Shown here: piece by piece, positions 46,241-54,842 of the stretch
How positions within the stretch are numbered: position 1 is the stretch's first letter
Layout: each line of letters starts with the position of its first letter
Source of the DNA: an uncultured delta proteobacterium
Lineage (GTDB): Bacteria > Desulfobacterota > Desulfuromonadia > Geobacterales > DSM-12255
Reading direction: 5' to 3'
NCBI GenBank assembly: GCA_963787125.1
Contig: CAWBBV010000007.1
Location: forward strand, 64,001-128,000
Length of the DNA stretch: 64,000 bases
The notes under the pieces: model-generated
The model's database searches: none
Seen by the model: the letters and a program-made list of their open reading frames with translations, nothing else
What the model was told of the DNA's origin: nothing
Made by a program: the position numbers and the translations under genes

Positions 46241-48654
46241 TAGCAAAAGATTTTATGCAGACCATTGAAGAACAGGTCCTGGTGCTGGACGGGGCAATGG
46301 GGACGATGCTGCAGGAACGCGGCTTGAAGCCAGGGCAGTCGCCGGAAGAGATGAATCTGACCATGCCGGAAGTTGTTGCAGCCGTTCATCAGGAATATCT
46401 GGATGCAGGGGCTGATATTATCGTTACAAACAGTTTTGGTGGTAGCCGCGAAAAACTTTCCCACTACGGACTTGAAGGTCGTTTGACGGAGATAAATGCT
46501 GCCAGCGTAAAGATCGCCAAACGAGTTGCCGGTGATAAAGCCTATGTGGCCGCATCGATAGGGCCGACGGGACGTTTTGTGGAACCGGTAGGTGATTTGA
46601 CGTTTGATGCAATGGCCGACATCTTCCGCGAACAGGCAAAAGCACTGATAGAAGCCGGGGCGGACCTGATAACTCTGGAAACGTTTCTCGATATCAAGGA
46701 GATCAGGGCTGCGGTTATTGCGATTCGTGAATTGTCACAGACAATTCCGGTCATTGCCATGCTCACTTTTGACAATAACGGCAGAAGCGTTCTTGGGACA
46801 TCCCCTGAGGCTGCGGCCATAACGCTTGAGGCGGTTGGCGCGGATATCGTCGGTTCAAACTGCGGTCTTGGAGTTGATGGCATCTACGATATTCTCGCCG
46901 CAATGCGCAAAGTCACGTCGCTGCCACTCATTTCCCAGGCAAATGCAGGCTTGCCGTTGCTTGTTGACGGAAATACTGTTTTTCCAGGAACTCCCGATGA
47001 TATGACTGCCTACCATGAGCGCCTGCTTGCTCTCGGGGTCAAGGTTATCGGCGGTTGCTGCGGCACAACTCCGGCACATATCAGGGCGATGAAGACTGCT
47101 CTGGCAGGCAAAGATCAGCGTCAGACTATTGCCGGTCCACCAGCGGGCACTACGTTTCTCTCGAGCAGAAGCGGGCATGTGGCTTTAGGCAACGGCAATC
47201 TGACAGCTATTATCGGTGAGCGGATCAACCCTACGGGCAAGAAAGGTTTCGCGGCAGAGCTGCGCGATGGTAAGGTCGGCTATATCCGCCGTGAAGCCGT
47301 TGAACAGGTGGCGGCAGGAGCTACTCTGCTTGATGTCAATGTCGGCACTCCCGGGATTGATGAGCCGGCAGCGATGGAGCGGGCGATCTTTTCTGTTAGC
47401 GGCGCGGTTCAGGTCCCATTAGTGATTGACTCTTCCAGTCCTGAAGCTCTTGAAGTAGGTCTCAAGGCGGCTGACGGCAAGGTGCTGGTTAACTCGGTAT
47501 CTGGAGAGAAGAAAAGCCTGGAGCGTATTTTGCCGCTGGTAAAAAAATACGGAGCTGCGGTGATCGGTCTGGCACTTGACGAGATCGGAATTCCCCCTAC
47601 CGGTGACGGCAGAGCTGAAGTCGCCGGCCGCATTATTGCGGCTGCTGATGCAATTGGCATTCAGCGCAACAATGTCGTTATCGACTGCCTGACACTGACA
47701 GTCAGCGCTGAGCAGAAGCGGGCTCTTGAGACTCTCAAGGCGCTGCGTGAGGTTAAATCCCGTTTTGGTGTGAACACGGTGCTTGGTGTCAGCAACATAT
47801 CATTTGGACTCCCTTCAAGACCGCTCATATCTTCAACATTCTTCACAATGGCCATCGCGTCCGGACTGGATGCAGCCATAATTAATCCGAAAGAGACGCC
47901 GATGATGGCCGCGTTCCGTTCTGCCATGGTGCTGCTCGGCCGGGATGTGGATTCAACAGCCTATATTGCCGCCTACAGCGGAGTGCAGGTCGAAATTCCG
48001 CAGACTGAGACCAAAGGTGAACCGGCAGATATCAGGAAACGCCTGGGACAGGCAGTTATTGCCGGTGATGTCGAGGGTGTTACGCCGCTGGTTGAGAGCG
48101 CTCTTGCCGATGGCTTTACACCGATGCAGATCAGTAATGAAGGGCTGCTTCCCGGTTTGGAAGAAGTCGGCAGACGCTTTGAAAAAAATCTGTTGTTCCT
48201 CCCGCAGGTGATGCGCTCCGCAGAGACAATGCAGACAGCCTTCACCAGACTTAAAGCCGAACTGCACGGTCTGGGAATCGAGCCATTGGCAAAAATTCTC
48301 ATGGCAACGGTGGAAGGTGATATTCATGATATCGGCAAGAATATTCTCTGTACCCTGCTGGAGAATCATGGCTTTGAGGTTATTGATCTGGGCAAGAATG
48401 TTTCCGCCGAACGAATAGTTGCTGAAGCCGGAGCGAGAAATGTTGATGCTGTCGGGCTCTCGGCACTCATGACCACAACCATGTCTGAAATGGAAAATGT
48501 TGTCGGAAAACTGAAGGCTGCCGGGATAAAGACCTTTACCATGGTTGGCGGTGCTGTTGTTACTCAGGAATATGCTGATAGTATCGGTGCCGATCTGTAT
48601 GCAAAAGACGCCATGGAGGCGGTAGCCCGGATCAAGGAGCTGTTGAAAAAGTGA
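46237..48654 (+). CDS. metH: Cobalamin-dependent methionine synthase (Hcy, pterin, cap and B12 domains; no AdoMet reactivation domain)
   Basis: LDGAMGT, GGCCGTTP, IGERINPTG, DIHDIGKN, LSALMTTT. Confidence 0.9.
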   Translation: MIAKDFMQTIEEQVLVLDGAMGTMLQERGLKPGQSPEEMNLTMPEVVAAVHQEYLDAGADIIVTNSFGGSREKLSHYGLEGRLTEINAASVKIAKRVAGDKAYVAASIGPTGRFVEPVGDLTFDAMADIFREQAKALIEAGADLITLETFLDIKEIRAAVIAIRELSQTIPVIAMLTFDNNGRSVLGTSPEAAAITLEAVGADIVGSNCGLGVDGIYDILAAMRKVTSLPLISQANAGLPLLVDGNTVFPGTPDDMTAYHERLLALGVKVIGGCCGTTPAHIRAMKTALAGKDQRQTIAGPPAGTTFLSSRSGHVALGNGNLTAIIGERINPTGKKGFAAELRDGKVGYIRREAVEQVAAGATLLDVNVGTPGIDEPAAMERAIFSVSGAVQVPLVIDSSSPEALEVGLKAADGKVLVNSVSGEKKSLERILPLVKKYGAAVIGLALDEIGIPPTGDGRAEVAGRIIAAADAIGIQRNNVVIDCLTLTVSAEQKRALETLKALREVKSRFGVNTVLGVSNISFGLPSRPLISSTFFTMAIASGLDAAIINPKETPMMAAFRSAMVLLGRDVDSTAYIAAYSGVQVEIPQTETKGEPADIRKRLGQAVIAGDVEGVTPLVESALADGFTPMQISNEGLLPGLEEVGRRFEKNLLFLPQVMRSAETMQTAFTRLKAELHGLGIEPLAKILMATVEGDIHDIGKNILCTLLENHGFEVIDLGKNVSAERIVAEAGARNVDAVGLSALMTTTMSEMENVVGKLKAAGIKTFTMVGGAVVTQEYADSIGADLYAKDAMEAVARIKELLKK

Positions 48655-48739
48655 TAGCACTGCAATTACAACTGTTGCAACAGGCTGATTATCATGGTAG
48701 TTTGCATTAATTACGTCATTTGGCGGACAGGTAGACTCG

Positions 48740-49270
48740 ATGCTGGTCGGCTATAATCACAACATAAGATACAAGGGTGAAGTATTCCATGTCCAGACTG
48801 AGGACAGCGGCATCAACACCCCTCATATCATTACGCTCCTTTACCGTGGCGGCAATATTCTTGCCTCCAAAAAGACGAGTTATGCCGATATAGTCAAGAT
48901 GGGCAATCTCAGTCAGGTGGTTGAGGAGTTGATGAAGGAGCAGCATAAGGATATGCTCCGGCGGCTGAAGAACGCGGAGTTTGATGCCAGGTTAGGCCTG
49001 GACGGCATAGCAGAAACGCCGTCAGCCACCGCTCCGGCGCAGCCACCAGCAGCAACTGCTACAACCGAACCTGTGCCGCCGCCGAAAGTTGAACCGGCAC
49101 CGCCACCGGTGCCAGTGCAAGTGCCAGTGCAAGTGCCAGTACTACCCAGGGTCGAAGCGGCGCCGATTCCGGAACAGTTGGCTCCACCCCAAAGCAAAGT
49201 TCCGGATCATAAACTGAATCTGGATGATCTGATTTTTGATTTTCTCTCAACCGGTGATGATAAGAATTAA
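48740..49270 (+). CDS. Hypothetical protein with Pro-rich linker
   Basis: GYNHNIRYKGEVFHVQTEDSG N-terminal domain, Pro/Val linker, LDDLIFDFL end. Confidence 0.8.
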   Translation: MLVGYNHNIRYKGEVFHVQTEDSGINTPHIITLLYRGGNILASKKTSYADIVKMGNLSQVVEELMKEQHKDMLRRLKNAEFDARLGLDGIAETPSATAPAQPPAATATTEPVPPPKVEPAPPPVPVQVPVQVPVLPRVEAAPIPEQLAPPQSKVPDHKLNLDDLIFDFLSTGDDKN

Positions 49271-49282
49271 AACAATGAAAGG

Positions 49283-50131
49283 ATGCTCTTAGTGAACGAA
49301 ACTGTTGCAGTACTCCAAAAGAAGGCAAGAAAACTGCGGGTCGATATAATCAAGACCCTGCACCGCTCCAAGTCCGGCCATACTGGCGGCTCCCTCTCTG
49401 TAATCGATCTGGTTACGACACTTTACTATCACAAGATGCGTCATAAGCCGACGGATCCGAAATGGTCGGGGCGTGACAGGTTTGTCCTGTCCAAGGGACA
49501 TGCGGCCCCGGCACAGTACGTCGCTCTGGCGGACTGCGGCTACTTCCCGACGGAAGATCTGACCATGCTGCGGCAACTCGGCAGTCATCTTCAGGGTCAT
49601 CCTGACAGCAAGGGGACCCCAGGTGTTGAAGTCTGTACCGGATCACTCGGGCAGGGACTTTCCATGGCTAACGGTATGTCGCTGGCCTTAAGGCTTGATA
49701 ACAGTTCAAGTCGCGTTTATACGATCCTCGGAGATGGTGAGCTTCAGGAAGGGCAGGTCTGGGAGGCTCTCATGGCAGCCTGTCACTACCGGCTTGACAA
49801 CCTCTGTATTATGATCGATGCAAACGGTCTTCAGATTGATGGCGATGTTGCCAAAGTCATGAATGTTGAGCCAATAGGCGATAAACTCCGTGCTTTTGGT
49901 TGCAATGTGCTTGAAATAGACGGTCACGATATTGCCCAGATCATGGCTGCTCTTGATGCTGCTGAACAGGTCAAGGGGAAACCGACTGCCATTGTGGCAA
50001 GGACAGTAAAGGGGAAAGGGGTCTCTTTCTTTGAAAACAAGGCATCGTATCACGGGGTCACCCCGTCTGACGAGGAGCTGCCCAGAGCACTTGAGTGTCT
50101 GGGAGAGGGCTGTAACGGGGGTGAGAAATGA
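49283..50131 (+). CDS. Transketolase, N-terminal subunit
   Basis: GHTGGSLS, DRFVLSKGHA, LQGHP, GDGELQEG. Confidence 0.95.
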   Translation: MLLVNETVAVLQKKARKLRVDIIKTLHRSKSGHTGGSLSVIDLVTTLYYHKMRHKPTDPKWSGRDRFVLSKGHAAPAQYVALADCGYFPTEDLTMLRQLGSHLQGHPDSKGTPGVEVCTGSLGQGLSMANGMSLALRLDNSSSRVYTILGDGELQEGQVWEALMAACHYRLDNLCIMIDANGLQIDGDVAKVMNVEPIGDKLRAFGCNVLEIDGHDIAQIMAALDAAEQVKGKPTAIVARTVKGKGVSFFENKASYHGVTPSDEELPRALECLGEGCNGGEK

Positions 50132-51063
50132 GTATGATTGCAACACGTGACGCTTATGGCGATGTGCTGGCTGCGCTTGGCGAAGAGAATGAAAATATAG
50201 TGGTGCTGGATGCTGATCTCTCCGGTTCTACCAAAACATCGTTGTTTGCAAAGAAGTTTCCCGAGAGATTCTTCAACATGGGGATTGCCGAAGCGAACAT
50301 GATCGGGACCGCTGCCGGCCTGGCTGCTGCCGGTAAGATTCCATTCGCCTCCACTTTTGCCATTTTTGCTGTTGGCCGGGCGTGGGAGCAGGTTCGCCAG
50401 TCGGTCGCCTATCCCAAGGCGAACGTAAAGATAGTTGCAACGCACAGTGGTGTGACCGTTGGCGAGGATGGTGGGTCGCATCAGTCGGTAGAAGATATAG
50501 CCATTATGCGGGCCGTTCCCAATATGACCGTAATTGTCCCTGCTGACGGGATTGAGACTGCCCTTGCTGTCCGGGCTGCCGCCGATTTTAACGGGCCGGT
50601 TTATGTGCGTCTCGGACGCGGCAAGGTGCCGACTATTTTTGATGACAGCTACAAATTTGCCATCGGCAAAGGTGTTCAGCTTCGTGCCGGCACTGACCTG
50701 ACTTTTATCGGTACTGGCCTGATGACAGCCCAGGCGCTATTAGCAGCCGAGACACTTCAGGCCGAAGGGATTTCTGCCCGTGTCCTCCATATCGCCACCA
50801 TAAAACCTCTTGATGAAGATCTGATCCTTGCTGCTGCGCGGGAAACCGGCGCAATAATTACCGCAGAAGAGCACTCCATTATCGGTGGCCTTGGCGGCGC
50901 TGTTGCCGAGCTTCTCTCTGAGAGATGTCCGGTAAAACTGCAAAGGGTCGGGATAAAGGATCGTTTCGGGCTCTCCGGTAAAGGTGATGAACTGCTCAAA
51001 TATTTTGGGCTCCTGCCGCAAAACCTTGTAGATGCCGCAAAAGAGCTGCTTGCGAGGAGATAG
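50128..51063 (+). CDS. Transketolase, C-terminal subunit
   Basis: DADLSGST, GIAEANM, GEDGGSHQ, EEHSIIGGLG. Confidence 0.95.
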   Translation: MSMIATRDAYGDVLAALGEENENIVVLDADLSGSTKTSLFAKKFPERFFNMGIAEANMIGTAAGLAAAGKIPFASTFAIFAVGRAWEQVRQSVAYPKANVKIVATHSGVTVGEDGGSHQSVEDIAIMRAVPNMTVIVPADGIETALAVRAAADFNGPVYVRLGRGKVPTIFDDSYKFAIGKGVQLRAGTDLTFIGTGLMTAQALLAAETLQAEGISARVLHIATIKPLDEDLILAAARETGAIITAEEHSIIGGLGGAVAELLSERCPVKLQRVGIKDRFGLSGKGDELLKYFGLLPQNLVDAAKELLARR

Positions 51064-51606
51064 ATGTCAGTTCGGCTGACCAGATCCGAAGCAGGATTTA
51101 CCTATATTGCGGCGCTCTTCGCGGTCGTGGTGATGGGTATCATGCTCGGAGTTACCGGTCAGAGCATGCGGGTCATAATGCAGCGCGAAAACGAGAAGGA
51201 ACTTATTTTTCGCGGCCTGCAGTACCGGGATGCGATTGAAAGCTGGACGAGGAAAGGCGCAATGCCGCTTCTCGACATCAAGTATCTTATAAAGGATCCA
51301 CGTTCTGCAACTGGCGCCAAATATCTGCGCCAGCTTTATAAGGACCCTTTTACCGGTAAGGATTTCAAACTGATTATAGATCCGAATACCAAGGAGATTC
51401 AGGGGGTTGCCAGCACCAGCAGCCAAGAGCCTTTTAAGGTTGGAAACTTCCCTGATGTTATCGCTGCCTTTGCAGAGAAAAAGAAATACAGTGACTGGGA
51501 GTTTGTCTATAAGCGGCCGGTCCGGTCAGCAACCGGCGCACCGCCGGCTAATCAACAGCAGCAGCAGCAAATATCTCTTCCGCTCTCTTCCCCCGAGTCT
51601 CTCTGA
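51064..51606 (+). CDS. Orphan type II secretion/pseudopilin-like protein
   Basis: AGFTYIAAL prepilin-like N-terminus, RENEKELIFRG..YR.AI, YLRQLYKDP. Confidence 0.8.
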   Translation: MSVRLTRSEAGFTYIAALFAVVVMGIMLGVTGQSMRVIMQRENEKELIFRGLQYRDAIESWTRKGAMPLLDIKYLIKDPRSATGAKYLRQLYKDPFTGKDFKLIIDPNTKEIQGVASTSSQEPFKVGNFPDVIAAFAEKKKYSDWEFVYKRPVRSATGAPPANQQQQQQISLPLSSPESL

Positions 51607-51664
51607 ACCTGTCAGGGGAACTACTTAACTCGGGGTCTCACTTGGTAGATATTACGGAGTCGGG

Positions 51665-53161
51665 TTGTTATTTAAAAGTCTGACATCGAAGGTGATTGTT
51701 ATCTCCATCGCCCTTCTTGCCTTTGGTATAAGCGTTTTTGCGCTTCTAAATCTGAGGCGTGAACGTGCCCAGTTGATAACTTCGGCACGAGAAGGCTCTG
51801 AACTCCTTATCCAGACAATTGAACGCAGCATCTACAACTCCATGAGGATCGGGAATACAGAAGAAACCCAGTCAATTCTGGAAATGGTGGCCCAAAGTCA
51901 AAAGCTTCTGGCGGTGAGAATATTTCACCCCCACGGAGCAGTGCTTAAATCTTCCCACCCAAGTGAGATCGGTAAGCCGGTTAATAATGACGATTACCAG
52001 CTTTATCTGAACAACAGATACGAAGGGATCACTTATGCAGATCAGCATGGTGAGGTTCTTCGGATGATCAAGCCGATTTACAATACTGATCAATGTCACA
52101 CCTGTCATGGCCATAAAACCAAGGTTATCGGTGTCCTTGACGTCAATTATTCTTTGGCCGAGACTAAAAAGAGAATGTTTGAAGTTACTCAGTTGTTCGT
52201 CTTTTCAACCATTGCGACAATCGCCTTTCTTTCGATCTCCATTGCGTTTGTCATGTTTCGTCTTGTCAGGTCACCACTGAACGGGATGATCGAAAAGATG
52301 GCAAAAGTAGAAGGAGGAGATCTTTCCGTCAGGATTGCTCATGCTCCCAAAGACGAAATCGGACGTCTTACAAACAGTTTTAACTCAATGATTGATCGAC
52401 TCGATAAGGCCAAGAAGGAGTTGGACATTTATCACTTTAACCAGATGGAGCGGGCTGACAGGCTTGCTTCAATCGGTGAGATGGCTGCCGGTATTGCTCA
52501 CGAGATTAAGAATCCGCTGACAGGAATTGCCTCTGCAATAACTATAATCAACGATGATTTCCCCCCGTCTGATCCGCGAAAAGAGATTCTTGGTGAAGTG
52601 CTGGAGCAGGTTAAACGTATGGACAAAACGGTAAATGATCTGCTTTTTTTCGGGAAACCGACGGAACCGGAGCCTGTTTGTACCGACTTGAATTCTGTTC
52701 TGCGTAAGACCCTTATTTTTGCTTCTCAGCATCGAGGCAGCAAGGGTGGTCTGATTGAAAAGGTACTGGATCTGCAGGAGGATATCCCGCCCGTATATGT
52801 AGACCCGAAGCAGACTCAGCAGGTTTTTCTGAACCTTATCCTGAATGCAATTCAGGCGATGCAGAGTGGCGGTGTCCTCACCATAAAAACTGCGTTGATG
52901 CACGAAGGTGAAAAGAAATGGGTAACTGTAAGTATTGCCGATACGGGGCAAGGAATCCCTGAACAGATTCTCGGCAAGATTTTTACGCCTTTTTTTACAA
53001 CAAAAGCTCAAGGCACAGGTTTAGGCCTGGCTATCTGTCACAAACTGGTTGCTCAGCAAGGCGGAAACATCAGGGTTGAGAGTGAAGGCGGCAAGGGGAC
53101 GGTGTTCTACATCGATCTGCTGGCTACTTCTACTGAAGAACACACTGATCCTGTTGCATAA
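51665..53161 (+). CDS. Sensor histidine kinase with periplasmic c-heme motif and HAMP domain
   Basis: Two TMs, CHTCH in the periplasmic domain, DEIG HAMP, HEIKNPL, FFTTK..GTGLGL. Confidence 0.93.
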   Translation: MLFKSLTSKVIVISIALLAFGISVFALLNLRRERAQLITSAREGSELLIQTIERSIYNSMRIGNTEETQSILEMVAQSQKLLAVRIFHPHGAVLKSSHPSEIGKPVNNDDYQLYLNNRYEGITYADQHGEVLRMIKPIYNTDQCHTCHGHKTKVIGVLDVNYSLAETKKRMFEVTQLFVFSTIATIAFLSISIAFVMFRLVRSPLNGMIEKMAKVEGGDLSVRIAHAPKDEIGRLTNSFNSMIDRLDKAKKELDIYHFNQMERADRLASIGEMAAGIAHEIKNPLTGIASAITIINDDFPPSDPRKEILGEVLEQVKRMDKTVNDLLFFGKPTEPEPVCTDLNSVLRKTLIFASQHRGSKGGLIEKVLDLQEDIPPVYVDPKQTQQVFLNLILNAIQAMQSGGVLTIKTALMHEGEKKWVTVSIADTGQGIPEQILGKIFTPFFTTKAQGTGLGLAICHKLVAQQGGNIRVESEGGKGTVFYIDLLATSTEEHTDPVA

Positions 53162-53184
53162 TTCGTAATAAGTAAGGGGTTAAC

Positions 53185-54558
53185 ATGAGGAAAATTAAAA
53201 TCCTGGTTGTTGATGATGAGCATCTTATCCGCTGGTCGCTGGAACAGAACCTCAAAAAACAGGGGTATGAGGTTCTTACTGCAGGGAGTGGCGAGGATGC
53301 CTTAAGAATAGTCAGGGAAGACCAGCCAGATCTTATTCTACTTGATATTCAGCTCCCGGGGATCAGCGGTCTTGAGGTCCTTGAGAAAGTTAAGGAGCTT
53401 GACGAAGATATTATCGTTATCATGGTTACTGCTCATGGCGGACTTGAAACTGCAGTTACTGCCATGAGAATAGGGGCTTACGATTATCTGAATAAACCAT
53501 TTAATCTTGACGAAATGGCAATAGTTATCAGAAAGGCACTGGAAACATCCGAACTGCGCCGAGAAGTTGCCTGCCTCAGAAGTGAACATAAAAAGGTCGG
53601 TGCGCCTAACATTATCGGTTCAAGTCAATGCATGCAAAATATCCTTTCTATGATGGAGAAGGTTGCAAGGAGTGAAGCGGCAACAGTCTTGATCCAGGGG
53701 GAATCCGGAACCGGTAAGGAACTCGTAGCAAAGTGGATTCACTACAAATCGAGCCGTGCTGACAAACCGTTTATGGCCATCAACTGCGCCGCAGTACCGG
53801 CAACTTTGCTTGAGAGTGAACTATTCGGTCATGAAAAAGGTGCTTTTACCGATGCAAAAGCCACGAAAAAAGGCCTTTTCGAGTTGGCTGATGGTGGGAC
53901 TGTGTTTCTTGACGAAATTGGCGACATGGAGATGGGAATGCAGGCCAAGCTGCTCCGTTTTCTTGAAGATCGTACCTTTCGCAGAATAGGGGGGGCTAAA
54001 GTAAGTTCGGTAGATGTCAGGATTATCTCTGCAACCAATAAAGATTTGATTAAAGCAATCGAGTCTAAAGATTTCAGAAACGATCTTTACTACCGTCTTC
54101 AAGTGATCCCGATATTCCTGCCACCTCTTAGGGAGCGGCGTGAAGATATTCTCTCTCTGGCCAAACATTTTATCGAAACCTACAAGCGGGAGTTTGCAAA
54201 GCAGGTCAGCGGGATATCTCCGCAGGCGGAAAGGCTTATGGTTGACTACAACTGGCCGGGAAATATCCGCGAACTTAAAAACGTGATTGAGAGAGCCATC
54301 ATTCTCGGCAATGAAGAAATGCTTGCCGTTGACCATCTGCCGACCGAAATAACGTCGCGCATCGCCACTGCGGCGGTTACCGCACTGGTTACCTTCAAGC
54401 TCCCTCCTGAAGGGATTGATATTGAAGAAGTCGAAAAGGAATTGATCAGGCAGTCTCTGGAAAACAACGACTGGAATCAGTCAAAAGCGGCCAAAAAGCT
54501 GAATCTGGGAGTTGATGCTTTTCGCTACAGAATGAAAAAATTCGGATTTTTAAAATAA
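53185..54558 (+). CDS. Sigma54-dependent response regulator (NtrC family)
   Basis: Receiver domain, GESGTGKE, GAFTDA, FLDEIG, WPGNIREL, Fis HTH. Confidence 0.95.
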   Translation: MRKIKILVVDDEHLIRWSLEQNLKKQGYEVLTAGSGEDALRIVREDQPDLILLDIQLPGISGLEVLEKVKELDEDIIVIMVTAHGGLETAVTAMRIGAYDYLNKPFNLDEMAIVIRKALETSELRREVACLRSEHKKVGAPNIIGSSQCMQNILSMMEKVARSEAATVLIQGESGTGKELVAKWIHYKSSRADKPFMAINCAAVPATLLESELFGHEKGAFTDAKATKKGLFELADGGTVFLDEIGDMEMGMQAKLLRFLEDRTFRRIGGAKVSSVDVRIISATNKDLIKAIESKDFRNDLYYRLQVIPIFLPPLRERREDILSLAKHFIETYKREFAKQVSGISPQAERLMVDYNWPGNIRELKNVIERAIILGNEEMLAVDHLPTEITSRIATAAVTALVTFKLPPEGIDIEEVEKELIRQSLENNDWNQSKAAKKLNLGVDAFRYRMKKFGFLK

Positions 54559-54743
54559 ATAAGTAAAAATAGAGAACATAACCAGTAAATAGAAGCTCCT
54601 CTGATACTCATGTAATAACGAGCAACTATAAGTTTGATGGCATCCTTTCACCTGATATCCTGCTGCCGAAGCATCCGTTCAATAAGGCTGTTTCGGCAGC
54701 TACTCACCTAAACCGTGACTTCTTTGATTGCTTCTCCATTTAG

Positions 54744-54760
54744 TGGGCACTGATGTTGCA
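54744..54760 (+). promoter_or_regulatory. Sigma54 -24/-12 promoter
   Basis: GGCAC-TGATG-TTGCA with GG 54746-54747 and GC 54758-54759 (N10 spacing), downstream of an NtrC-type gene. Confidence 0.8.
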
Positions 54761-54842
54761 GTATATGTGATAACCGAGAGGCGTTCAGGAACTCCCTGAA
54801 AAAGAAAATCTAGACATCTCCATTAAACGCGGAGGCTTTCAT

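Noticed and set aside
49109..49140. 12-bp tandem repeat GTGCCAGTGCAA (about 2.7 copies)
   Set aside because: In-frame expansion within a Pro-rich linker; it cannot cause phase variation.
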